Below are positions 1 through 9,541 of a stretch of DNA of 64,000 bases, piece after piece; the first letter of the stretch is position 1; each line of letters starts with the position of its first letter. The notes under the pieces were generated by a model. It had not been told where the DNA came from, searched no databases, and saw only the letters and a program-made list of their open reading frames with translations. The DNA comes from Bdellovibrionales bacterium (GTDB lineage Bacteria; Bdellovibrionota; Bdellovibrionia; Bdellovibrionales; DASUEL01), in assembly GCA_050250255.1 (NCBI GenBank), contig JBFWOZ010000003.1, forward strand, positions 1 through 64,000, read 5' to 3'. The translations under genes and the position numbers were made by a program.

Positions 1-645
1 TTTCTGAGGCCACCGATTACCCATATGAAGGCATGGAGTTTGTGGTTTCTCAATTAATTGAAGTACTGCAAAATCACTTGATGGCCAGCCGATGCCTTTA
101 GATTCGTATTCTTTATATTTTGGCAAAAGCTCTTTGAGATATAGGGGGGAGAATGGCTGTACAGCTCCTTTACCTGCCGCAATTAATCGTGCTTTCTTTT
201 TTTCTCCATTCACTTCGAGTTCACACAAAATTTTATCCGTGACGACTTCGTTCTTGAAGCTTCTCAGAGAAAGCCATTGCTGTTGTCCAAATTCCAGATT
301 GGGCCCTCTAATTGCTTCGTACTCAACGTACTTCTCGAAGTCGTTATCGCCAAACTTAAAGCAAGATTGAATGCAATGATCCGCCGTTAAAAAGTGCCCC
401 TCATTCGAAATGAATGTGCCTGTACAATTCATATTGGGGAAGTCTGCTGAAAATGAAGCTTCAAAAATTGATTTAGCTCGTTTTTGGTGTTCACTCTCCA
501 ATTTAATGAATTCAACCAATGGTAAGAAAGTTTGATCCTGGCTATTTGAATTGGCTAAGGTTCGATTTCCAATGGCAAAAAAGGTCAAGCAGATGAATAG
601 ACCTTGAACAGTTTTGTGAACATGGAGCCATTGCTTGGAGCTCAT
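1..645 (-). CDS. Secreted trypsin-like serine protease, runs off the window edge
   Basis: Not in the ORF track. My translation from ATG 645 (preceded by AGAGG) gives MSSKQWLHVHKTVQGLFICLTFFAIG (signal-like) and then NCTGTFISNEGHFLTADHC, the trypsin-fold catalytic His motif. I read the frame open at least to 361. Confidence 0.75.
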   Translation of the reverse strand, partial: MSSKQWLHVHKTVQGLFICLTFFAIGNRTLANSNSQDQTFLPLVEFIKLESEHQKRAKSIFEASFSADFPNMNCTGTFISNEGHFLTADHCIQSCFKFGDNDFEKYVEYEAIRGPNLEFGQQQWLSLRSFKNEVVTDKILCELEVNGEKKKARLIAAGKGAVQPFSPLYLKELLPKYKEYESKGIGWPSSDFAVLQLIEKPQTPCLHMGNRWPQK

Positions 646-784
646 AATCAAATTACCTCTTGGACACTCATAGAGCAAAAAGCGTGATCACATTTCCAAT
701 CTCAAAACACCGATCTCAGCACATTAATGCTCAGGCCATGGAGCACGTCTGATGCTTTGACAGAAGGAGGCGCAAAAATTGTTT

Positions 785-892
785 TGTCTCATTTTGAGGG
801 CATAAGAACTCACCTATGAAGCCCAAGCAGGTATGCTTATTGGAATAGACTCTAGGTATGAGGTCGAAGTTTGTTTTGTGTCTCATTTTGAG
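785..892. promoter_or_regulatory. Two exact copies of semi-palindromic TGTCTCATTTTGAG (785-798, 879-892)
   Basis: 14-bp direct repeat with CTCA-N3-TGAG dyad, in and next to the divergent protease / glycoside hydrolase intergenic region. Confidence 0.4.
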
Positions 893-1937
893 TCAGCTGA
901 TTGCTTGTGGCCCAGGCATGAAGGTGAAAGATGCTGGAGTTCCTGTAGGGGCTCAGGCCGTGCAGCCTACTGGCAAAATGTTTTGGGGCGTGAATGCACA
1001 TTTGCCGGCAACGGACACCACCCAAGCGGTTCCAGCGCTGGATCGCGCGGTTGAGATGCACATGAGTTACGTCCGACTTGATATGCGATGGGATATTGTA
1101 GAACCGACTTCACGAAGTAACATTCAGCAAGCAGGTGAGTGGCAAGTACTAGATGCTTCTGTGGCTCAAGCTGTTCAGCGTGGACTTCGCCCGCTTCTTA
1201 TTTTAGGAGCCGCACCTGCTTGGGCCTCTACAAACGGCGGAGAAAATGGGACTTTGACTGCTGAAGGTAAAACACACTTTGTGGAATATGTGCGAGCGAT
1301 GGCTTTAAGATATCAAGGGCAAGTGGAATATTTTGAAGTGGGTAACGAACCAAATCTGAATCAGTTTTGGATCGGCACAACCGACGAATATATCGACCAA
1401 CTTTTACTACCGTCAATACAAGCCATTAAGTCTATTAATCCGAACTTAAAAATTGTCGGCCCAAGTCTTTCGGGCCTCTTGAGTGCGGACATCAAAGTTG
1501 AAGACTTCTTTCGTCGGCTGGGCGAAAGACAGACGGCTGAGGGAAAGCGTTTTTTTGATATTATTTCTCATCATGCTTATAGTGACACTCCTGCGGGTAT
1601 CATTGATGATCTCACGAAGGGTCGTAAGTCTTGCTATTTAAGTTATTGCATCACACAGAGGGAATCTATTTTGAAAATCCTCTCAGATAATGGTTTTAGC
1701 ACGGAACCTATTTGGCTGGATGAATTTGGTTGGACATCTGCGACGGATGCAGAAGCTGAGGTTCAGGGGCAAAAAGTTCTTGAGACCTTACAAAAATTAG
1801 CGGCAGTTCCACGAATTGAAGCGGCTTTTGTTTACCATCTTTCTGATGATCCACGAATTGCGAAAGACTATGGATTATTGAAAAGTGATCACACACCTAA
1901 AAAATCTTATTATCATTTAAGAGATGCGCGGCCTTAA
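858..1937 (+). CDS. Clan GH-A glycoside hydrolase lipoprotein (GH39/GH5-like)
   Basis: Lipobox LIAC; YVRLDMRW; acid/base motif FEVGNEPN; nucleophile motif PIWLDEFGW. Confidence 0.8.
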   Translation: MRSKFVLCLILSQLIACGPGMKVKDAGVPVGAQAVQPTGKMFWGVNAHLPATDTTQAVPALDRAVEMHMSYVRLDMRWDIVEPTSRSNIQQAGEWQVLDASVAQAVQRGLRPLLILGAAPAWASTNGGENGTLTAEGKTHFVEYVRAMALRYQGQVEYFEVGNEPNLNQFWIGTTDEYIDQLLLPSIQAIKSINPNLKIVGPSLSGLLSADIKVEDFFRRLGERQTAEGKRFFDIISHHAYSDTPAGIIDDLTKGRKSCYLSYCITQRESILKILSDNGFSTEPIWLDEFGWTSATDAEAEVQGQKVLETLQKLAAVPRIEAAFVYHLSDDPRIAKDYGLLKSDHTPKKSYYHLRDARP

Positions 1938-3364
1938 ACGGAAACTTCAGGTGGGCGAGAGCTTGAATTAGTTTTTGGCGATTTTAAACCTGCTGTCAGT
2001 TGTCCGATATTTTTAACCCAAATAATTTTGTCTACTAAGTTTTGAGGGACATCAAAAAGACGTTTGCGGTTAGAGGCTGGCAAATAGAATTTGCTAAAAC
2101 CTAATTTCGCCGCCTCTTTAATTCGTAAGTCTGCAAAGGGAACGGCGCGGACTTCACCTGACAAACCAATTTCCCCAAAGTAGCAAGATTGAGGATCGAC
2201 GGGGAGACCTTTCTCGCTGGAGATCAAAGCCGCTGCAACGGCTAAATCGGCGGCAGGTTCCATGAGCTTCAATCCTCCCACTACGTTTACAAAAACATCC
2301 GACTGGGAAAGGTGCAAACCGCCGTGACGATCCAAAACCGCAATCAACAGATGAGTTCGATTCACTTCCAGTCCGATGGAGTTTCTACGTGGCATCGGCA
2401 TTGGACTCTTTATCGTAAGCGCTTGTACTTCACAGAGAAGAGGACGCGATCCTTCGATAGAAGCGAAAACCACAGAGCCGATGGCGGCCTCTTGTCTTTC
2501 CTCTAAAAAAAGCTCGGAAGGATTTGGAACTTCTTTTAGCCCGCTCGAAGCCATCTGAAAAATGCCGAGCTCATGGGTAGCTCCAAAACGATTTTTCAAA
2601 GCACGCAAAATGCGGAAGTGATGATGGCTATCGCCTTCAAAAGAGAGAACCGTATCCACAAGATGTTCAAGAACTTTTGGACCCGCTAAGTTTCCATCTT
2701 TCGTGACATGTCCGATAACAATCACGCTAATATTTTCTGATTTTGCAAACGTCATGAGGTGTCCGGCGCACTCGCGCACTTGAGAGACCGAGCCGGGCGC
2801 AGAAGTGATCGTTGGAAGAAAAACTGTTTGGATGGAATCCACCACGAGAACATCTGGTTTTTTTGATCGGGCAATATCCAAAATATGTTCAAGATTATTT
2901 TCACTGCCGATTTGTAATTCGCTCTGAAGAGTTCCAAGGCGTCTGGCTCGTTGACTTGTTTGGGCAACACTTTCTTCTGCGGATAGATACAAAACTTTTG
3001 CGCCCTCTTTTGCAAGCCCCTCAGCCATCTGCAAAATGAGTGTGCTTTTACCAATGCCTGGCTCTCCGCCTAGGAGCACAAAGCTCCCGCGCACAAGGCC
3101 ACCGCCAAGGACACGATCGAGCTCACTGATTTTGGAACTTAAACGCTCCTTAGGAGAGTGGTCATCGGGGACGGCGTTAATTGTGTAAACGGCTTGGGAA
3201 GAGCTTTTTGTTTGTAGGGAGCGGCCACCTGCTGCTGGCTCCGTGAAGGTTTCTTCTACAAAAGAATTCCAGCTGCTGCACTCTGTGCAACGACCTTCCC
3301 AGCGGGGCCTTTGTGCACCGCAGGACTGACAGACAAATATAGTTTTGGTCTTCGACTTAGCCAT
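1934..3364 (-). CDS. radA: DNA repair protein RadA/Sms
   Basis: CQSC..CTEC zinc finger, GEPGIGKST Walker A, KNRFG motif, Lon-like C-terminus. Start placed at MAKSK. Confidence 0.97.
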   Translation of the reverse strand: MAKSKTKTIFVCQSCGAQRPRWEGRCTECSSWNSFVEETFTEPAAGGRSLQTKSSSQAVYTINAVPDDHSPKERLSSKISELDRVLGGGLVRGSFVLLGGEPGIGKSTLILQMAEGLAKEGAKVLYLSAEESVAQTSQRARRLGTLQSELQIGSENNLEHILDIARSKKPDVLVVDSIQTVFLPTITSAPGSVSQVRECAGHLMTFAKSENISVIVIGHVTKDGNLAGPKVLEHLVDTVLSFEGDSHHHFRILRALKNRFGATHELGIFQMASSGLKEVPNPSELFLEERQEAAIGSVVFASIEGSRPLLCEVQALTIKSPMPMPRRNSIGLEVNRTHLLIAVLDRHGGLHLSQSDVFVNVVGGLKLMEPAADLAVAAALISSEKGLPVDPQSCYFGEIGLSGEVRAVPFADLRIKEAAKLGFSKFYLPASNRKRLFDVPQNLVDKIIWVKNIGQLTAGLKSPKTNSSSRPPEVSV

Positions 3365-3405
3365 GCTTCCGGGTATCATAAATATCTATCTAAAGAAAAG
3401 GCAAT

Positions 3406-5871
3406 TTGTTGATGACTCTCTACGTCCGAATCACGCTTTTGTTCTGTTTTCTTGTGGGCTTTGCAGGAAGCATCCAGCGCGCTCATGCTGCAGATAAAGG
3501 GCCGAATTATGAGGTTTTTCAATCTCTCATGAAGGCTGCTCAGTACGACGAAGCTTTTCGTGTGCTTTCGACTGATATTGAAAAGGAATCCAACCTCAAC
3601 TTAAAAAGTCTTGCTTATTTTGGACTTGGGTATATTTCGCAACTTCAAAAGAAAGATGAAAAAGCCATCGAATATTTTGATTTGGCGCTTGTGCCTTCAA
3701 AAGAATTTGAAGATCTCATTCGAATTTATAAAGGCCGTAGCTTAAAAACTCTGGGAAAGTCGGCAGAGGCCAAAGCAGAGTTTCAAAAAGCGCAATCACT
3801 GGAGCCCAAGATAGGGCGTGCCGTTATCGAATCGCACATGGCCTTGGCCGAGCTTGAGCTCTCAGAAAAAAAATGGACTCCAGCTTTCAATTTGCTCGCG
3901 AAATTAGAAAGACGTACACGTGGAGATATTCGTTACCCTGAAGTGCTCATGGGACTTGTGCGAACTGAACTCTTTAGGAACAAGCGCTTTAATGCCTGTA
4001 AGTGGGCGCGAAAATTGTACTCTCGCTTTTCTCATCACAGCCTCACGCAGAGTTGGGGAATTGATCTCCATAAAGTTACGGTGGATTCTAAACCCCTCGA
4101 GTGCGTAGCCTCGCTTTCGGATCAGCGTGCGAGAATTAAAAATTTGCAGCAGCAAGGTTTGAGTGAACGTGCTCTGAAAGAGATTGAAGAGGTGAAGACG
4201 CGTTCAACAGCTCTCACGAAAGTTCACGTCGATACGCTCTTAGCGAATTATTATTTAACGGAAGGGAAGGTGACGGAAGCATTTAATGTCCTTCTTCCTT
4301 ATTACAAAAAAGAGGGTCGTGATTTTGCTTTTTTCATGCTTCTCGGTCGAGTGGCGGCAAGAGCTGGTGAATTTCAAGTTGCCGTTGGTTCTTTTCAAAG
4401 AGCGCATGCACTGAACAGAAAATCAAAGGCAGGGCGTTCTGCTTTGTTTCAAGCGGCTTTCTTAAGCTATCAATTTCAAGATTATGATGGTGCCAGCCGA
4501 CGCTATGAAGAATTCATGAAAAAGTATCCACGTTCTGGTTTGAGCCAAGATGCCAAATGGCATTTGTCCTGGATTCGCTACTTAAAAGGTGACTATGTTG
4601 GCGCCTATGAAGGATTTAAATCCAGCGCGGGTGCAAAGAAAAAACGTAAACCCACTTTGATGGCCGAGAAGAACATGTATTGGATGGCGATGAGTCTCTA
4701 CAAGATGAATCGCAACTCTGAGGCCATCGCGCAATTTGAACGAATTGCCGCTGATAAATCTTTGGGATTCTACAGTCTTTCCGCAAAGGCCAGACTTCAT
4801 CAACTTAAGGCGATTGATATTCGCCAGCTCGCAAAACAAGCCGACGAATCGAAGGATGAAAAGTCCTCTCCCATAGGTGATGCAGCTCAGCTTGCGGCTC
4901 TCTCAGAAACGGCACAATCGCTTGCCGAAAACGAAGAGAACGAGAGCGAAGATGATGAAAAAACTCTTGCGACTTTTGAATCAGGCGAAGATGAAGCAGA
5001 TGGAGATGAAGGCGCCGAAGCCGTCGCTCAAGAGCCCGCCTCTTTAGCGAAGGCTTTCAAAAGTGCGAACATGGCAAAGCGCTTTCAGCGAGCCAACGAT
5101 CTCATTTTGCTCGGATTCACAGATTGGGCGACGTGGGAACTGTTTGAATTGGAACGTCGAACTTCTCAACCGAATCATTTAAAAACTCTTGTTTCCAGGT
5201 ATGAGTCCATCGGCGCTTTCCATCGTTCAAGCTACATTTCACAAATCTTTTTTTCACGACAAAGATACAGTTTCGGTTTTACGGGAGAGGGGCGCCTCTT
5301 TTGGCAAGCCGCTTATCCACGTGCCTACGAAAGATCCGTGACCACTTTTGCGCGAACTTTCAACGTCCCTGAGGAATTTGCGTGGGCCATCATGAGAGCA
5401 GAGAGTCAGTTTAAATCCGACGTGAAATCTCCCGTGGGGGCCTTGGGACTCATGCAGCTGATGCCTTATACCGCGATGCAAGTCGCAAGAATTTTGGACT
5501 TCAAAGGATTTACAGTTCCCCAGCTTTTCGACTCTGGAACAAATGTGCGTCTAGGCGTTCGGTATCTTCAACGACTACAGAAGCAATTTGAAGGGAATAT
5601 CGCGCTTTCGGCCGCAGGCTACAACGCGGGTCCGCACAAGGTGAGGGGTTGGATAAAATCCTTTGGTTCGGGTTTAGATGTCGATGAATTTGTGGAACAT
5701 ATTCCTTATTTAGAAACGCGGAACTACGTTAAAAAAGTAGTCCAAAATTATCATATTTACCGACAGCTTTATAATAAGTCCGCGAAGAGCGATGAGCTTT
5801 TGAGCTGGCTTGCGAAGCCTGTTGGGATCACCATCACCGGCGAAGTTGAATCTCGCGAAAATTGGGATTAA
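3406..5871 (+). CDS. slt: Slt70-like soluble lytic transglycosylase with TPR repeats
   Basis: Signal peptide, TPR-like helices, C-terminal SLT motifs AIMRAES, GLMQLMP, AGYNAGP, IPYLETRNYV. Confidence 0.9.
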   Translation: MLMTLYVRITLLFCFLVGFAGSIQRAHAADKGPNYEVFQSLMKAAQYDEAFRVLSTDIEKESNLNLKSLAYFGLGYISQLQKKDEKAIEYFDLALVPSKEFEDLIRIYKGRSLKTLGKSAEAKAEFQKAQSLEPKIGRAVIESHMALAELELSEKKWTPAFNLLAKLERRTRGDIRYPEVLMGLVRTELFRNKRFNACKWARKLYSRFSHHSLTQSWGIDLHKVTVDSKPLECVASLSDQRARIKNLQQQGLSERALKEIEEVKTRSTALTKVHVDTLLANYYLTEGKVTEAFNVLLPYYKKEGRDFAFFMLLGRVAARAGEFQVAVGSFQRAHALNRKSKAGRSALFQAAFLSYQFQDYDGASRRYEEFMKKYPRSGLSQDAKWHLSWIRYLKGDYVGAYEGFKSSAGAKKKRKPTLMAEKNMYWMAMSLYKMNRNSEAIAQFERIAADKSLGFYSLSAKARLHQLKAIDIRQLAKQADESKDEKSSPIGDAAQLAALSETAQSLAENEENESEDDEKTLATFESGEDEADGDEGAEAVAQEPASLAKAFKSANMAKRFQRANDLILLGFTDWATWELFELERRTSQPNHLKTLVSRYESIGAFHRSSYISQIFFSRQRYSFGFTGEGRLFWQAAYPRAYERSVTTFARTFNVPEEFAWAIMRAESQFKSDVKSPVGALGLMQLMPYTAMQVARILDFKGFTVPQLFDSGTNVRLGVRYLQRLQKQFEGNIALSAAGYNAGPHKVRGWIKSFGSGLDVDEFVEHIPYLETRNYVKKVVQNYHIYRQLYNKSAKSDELLSWLAKPVGITITGEVESRENWD

Positions 5872-5950
5872 ATACGCTCTGTAACCCCTTGGCATTTATT
5901 GACTTTCTCTAAGAACAAAGCGACTTAGAAGGAACAACCGAGGGGAAATC

Positions 5951-7558
5951 ATGACGCAAAACATCACTCCATTTTGGATCAAGTTCGTTGTCGCTTTTGT
6001 TCTTTCCATCACGCTCACAAATTGCACAAAAAATAAGAAGCAAGAGTACGGTCTCGATATGCGAGAAACTCTTCGCGTGAATTTAGAGACTGAGCCACCT
6101 TCTTTGGATTGGAGTAAATCCACAGATACGGTTTCTAGCAAAGTGGAAGATAACATCATGGAGGGACTTACGACTTATAACCTCACAGATCCAGATTTGG
6201 GACTTTTACCAGCGCTTGCAGAAAGCTGGGCCCCTGCTGAAAAAGGAAAAATTTGGACCTTTAAAATTCGTAAAGATGTGAAGTGGACCGACGGTGTAGA
6301 GCTCACCGCACAACACTTTGTAGATAGCTGGGAACGACTTTTGAACCCGGCGACGGCTTCTGAATATGCATCTTTTCTTTTTGGAATCAAAAATGCTCAG
6401 GCTTATTTTGATAAAAAGGTAACAGACTTCGCCCAGGTGGGAGTGAAAGCGATCGATGCTCATACTCTTGAAGTGACTTTGAATCAGTCGATGAGCTTCT
6501 TTCCTTACCTTACCACCCATCATTCGACCTATCCGATTCGTAAAGACGTGATTGAAAAACACGGTGACGCTTGGACAAAGCCTGAGAACATGATCACTTT
6601 AGGAGCCTACAAATTAAAAGTGTGGGATCACGATAAGGCGATTGTTCTTGAGCGTAACGACAGCTACTACGGCGAAAAAGCGAAAATAAAAAATATTCTG
6701 TGTTACATGATCGTTGAAGAATCTACGGCAATGAATCTTTACGAAACGTCAAAGCTCGACGTCATTGATAACATGAGCTCGGGTGATATCACGAAGTTCA
6801 AAGACGCTCCTGAGATGGTAAAAAAACCATTACTTGTTCTTCAGTATTATGGTTTCAACACCAAGAAAAAACCTTTCGACAATCATTTGATCCGTAAAGC
6901 TTTTGTTCATGCTGTGAATAGGGAAGAAATGGTGGCCGTTCTTAGGGGTGGTCAAATTCCACTTTCAAGTTGGGTGCCGGTGGGCATGTTTGGACATGAG
7001 CCAGAGCGAGGGTTGAAGTTTGATCCTGAAAAAGCGAAGCAGTATTTGATTCAAGCTGGCTTTGGTGGAGATAAAAAACTTCCTAAAATCACCATCGTGA
7101 CAAATACGGGTGATGATCACCGCCGTCTCGCGGAAAATTTTCAAGCTCAAATCAAAAAGAATCTTGGTGTCGATATTGAGATTGCGAACGAAGAATGGAA
7201 GGTTTTCCTCAACCGCCTTAAAGTGGATCCTCCAGCGATTTTCCGCATGGGTTGGTCAGCCGATTACCCAGATCCTGATAACTTTATCAATTTGATGACA
7301 ACTTTCTCCGCACAGAACTACACACGGTGGAAGAGTAAAGACTATGACCAACTTGTAGAAGAGGGTGTGGGGCAGCTTGATAAAGAAAAGCGTCGTGCGA
7401 TCTACTCACGCGCACAAAAGATGCTTGTGGAAGAAGACAATCCCGTGATTCCGCTCTACACGAGTGTTCGACATAAGTTGATTAACAAGCGTGTAAAGAA
7501 TTATCCGGTGAACTCACTCGATAAACTCATTTGGAAAAACGTTCAGTTAAATCCATGA
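5951..7558 (+). CDS. oppA: Peptide ABC transporter substrate-binding lipoprotein
   Basis: Lipobox LTNC; EPPSLD, ALAESW, WTFKIRKDVKWTDG, GWSADYPDP (family 5 SBP). Confidence 0.9.
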   Translation: MTQNITPFWIKFVVAFVLSITLTNCTKNKKQEYGLDMRETLRVNLETEPPSLDWSKSTDTVSSKVEDNIMEGLTTYNLTDPDLGLLPALAESWAPAEKGKIWTFKIRKDVKWTDGVELTAQHFVDSWERLLNPATASEYASFLFGIKNAQAYFDKKVTDFAQVGVKAIDAHTLEVTLNQSMSFFPYLTTHHSTYPIRKDVIEKHGDAWTKPENMITLGAYKLKVWDHDKAIVLERNDSYYGEKAKIKNILCYMIVEESTAMNLYETSKLDVIDNMSSGDITKFKDAPEMVKKPLLVLQYYGFNTKKKPFDNHLIRKAFVHAVNREEMVAVLRGGQIPLSSWVPVGMFGHEPERGLKFDPEKAKQYLIQAGFGGDKKLPKITIVTNTGDDHRRLAENFQAQIKKNLGVDIEIANEEWKVFLNRLKVDPPAIFRMGWSADYPDPDNFINLMTTFSAQNYTRWKSKDYDQLVEEGVGQLDKEKRRAIYSRAQKMLVEEDNPVIPLYTSVRHKLINKRVKNYPVNSLDKLIWKNVQLNP

Positions 7559-8634
7559 GATTAGGCACGGTTCTTGGCCTTTGTTTTGGGCTTTTTGCAT
7601 TACTTTCGTTGCTGAATAGTTTTTTTCAGTGGGATTTGGACCCTCTTTGGATTTACGGGGGTCTTCTTTTTTTTAGTTTCTTAGGTTCTCTTTACGTTAT
7701 CATCACTCAGCAAATGCTCGTCTATGTGACGAAACGTTTGATCGAAGCTTTTGTTACCCTTTTGATTATTGCAACGCTGACCTTTCTCATGCTTCGGTTT
7801 TTACCCGGTGGCCCTTTTGATAGCGAGAAAGCGCTCCCCCCAGAAATCAAAGCGAATATCGATGCGAAGTATGGGTTGGATAAGCCACTCCTTATTCAAT
7901 ATGAAACTTATATTGTGAATCTCTTTAAGGGAGACTTTGGCCAGTCATACAAATTTATTGGTCGTACCGTCTCGGATATCATCGCTGATGCTTATCCCAT
8001 TTCTTTTCAGCTAGGAATTTACGCTCTTATCTTGAGTTTTCTTGTTGGTGTACCGCTTGGAGTTCTTGCGGCTTCGAAACATAATACTTGGATCGATAAC
8101 TTGACGATGATTGTGGCGATGAGTGGGGTTGCCGTACCGAGTTTTCTTACCGCACCTATTTTAATTTTAGTTTTTTCTATCTGGAATGATTGGTTGCCGC
8201 CCGCTCTATGGGAAGGACCAGAGTATTATATTTTGCCGGTCATTGTATTGGGTGTGCGTCCTGCAGCTTACATTGCGAGACTGACGCGAGCGAGTGTATT
8301 AGAAGTCATACAGGCGGACTTTGTCAGAACAGCGAAAGCGAAGGGTCTTGATCATTTCACAATTTTGTTTAAACACGTTTTGCGAAACTCCCTTATTCCT
8401 GTACTGACTTACGCCGGACCACTCGTGGCCGGAATTCTTTCGGGTACATTTATCGTCGAAGTGATTTTTAATATCCCAGGCATGGGTCGACATTTCGTGA
8501 TGAGTGTAACGAACCGCGATTATCCTCTCGTCATGGCGCTCACACTTCTTTTTGGATTTAGTTATGTCATAGCTAATCTTATCGTAGATTTGATGTATGG
8601 AATTGTGGATCCTCGCATCCGGGTTAAATCATGA
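7555..8634 (+). CDS. oppB: Peptide ABC transporter permease with N-terminal hydrophobic extension
   Basis: LPGGPF, GDFGQS, DFVRTAKAKGL EAA loop, NRDYPLV. Confidence 0.9.
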   Translation: MRLGTVLGLCFGLFALLSLLNSFFQWDLDPLWIYGGLLFFSFLGSLYVIITQQMLVYVTKRLIEAFVTLLIIATLTFLMLRFLPGGPFDSEKALPPEIKANIDAKYGLDKPLLIQYETYIVNLFKGDFGQSYKFIGRTVSDIIADAYPISFQLGIYALILSFLVGVPLGVLAASKHNTWIDNLTMIVAMSGVAVPSFLTAPILILVFSIWNDWLPPALWEGPEYYILPVIVLGVRPAAYIARLTRASVLEVIQADFVRTAKAKGLDHFTILFKHVLRNSLIPVLTYAGPLVAGILSGTFIVEVIFNIPGMGRHFVMSVTNRDYPLVMALTLLFGFSYVIANLIVDLMYGIVDPRIRVKS

Positions 8635-9530
8635 GCCAGGATACAATTGTAAAAAGTCAGTCTCTTTATGGGGATGCCCTTAAGCGCTTAAAGAAAAACA
8701 AAGCTGCTGTCATCTCCGCCTACTTTATTCTTTTGGTACTTATTGTTGCTGCTTTAGCTCCTTGGATCACACCCTACTCTTTTGAAGAGCAAAACATTGA
8801 TCAGCTGCTCGCAACTCCTAACGCCACAAATTGGTTGGGGACGGATCATTTAGGAAGAGATTTATTCTCACGAATTATTTATGGAGCCCGCGTCTCTATG
8901 ACGGTGGGAATTGTCTCTTCGCTGATTTCTCTTTTTATCGGTCTTCTGGTCGGATCTTTCGCTGGATGGGTTGGTGGTGCTATAGATCGTCTTATCATGC
9001 GAACCTGCGACATTATCAGCACGATCCCAGAGATCCCGCTGATGATTCTTTTGAAGCTGATGATTGAAGCTTTTGATTTGATTGATAATCCGGAATTGAA
9101 AGCTCTTGTAAGTATGATTGCGGCCCTCTCTATTTTAAATTGGATGAGTATGGCTCGTATGGTGCGTGGCCAAGTTTTGCAAGCACGAGAAATGCTTTAT
9201 GTTGAAGCTGCTAGGGCGCTCGGCCTTTCACAGATTCGAATTGTCGTACGACATATTCTGCCTAATATTTTAGGCCCGGTGATTGTTACGCTCACATTTA
9301 TGATTCCTTCGAGCGTTCTTTTAGAAAGTTTCTTAAGCTTTATTGGTCTAGGTTTACAGCCTCCATACAGTAGTTGGGGAGTCCTTGCGAATGATGGATG
9401 GCGCTCAATTCGAACGTATCCGCATCTCATTCTTTTCCCTGGGTTTGTGATCTATATTTCGATGTTGGCTTTTAATTTATTTGGTGACGGCTTAAGAGAT
9501 GCTTTTGATCCCAAACTAAAAAACAGATAA
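8631..9530 (+). CDS. oppC: Peptide ABC transporter permease
   Basis: WLGTDHLGRDLFSR, YVEAARALG, HILPN, GDGLRDAFDP. Confidence 0.92.
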   Translation: MSQDTIVKSQSLYGDALKRLKKNKAAVISAYFILLVLIVAALAPWITPYSFEEQNIDQLLATPNATNWLGTDHLGRDLFSRIIYGARVSMTVGIVSSLISLFIGLLVGSFAGWVGGAIDRLIMRTCDIISTIPEIPLMILLKLMIEAFDLIDNPELKALVSMIAALSILNWMSMARMVRGQVLQAREMLYVEAARALGLSQIRIVVRHILPNILGPVIVTLTFMIPSSVLLESFLSFIGLGLQPPYSSWGVLANDGWRSIRTYPHLILFPGFVIYISMLAFNLFGDGLRDAFDPKLKNR

Positions 9531-9541
9531 ACGAGGTTTCT

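Noticed and set aside
92..370. 92-aa plus-strand ORF
   Set aside because: Shadow of the minus-strand trypsin-like protease frame
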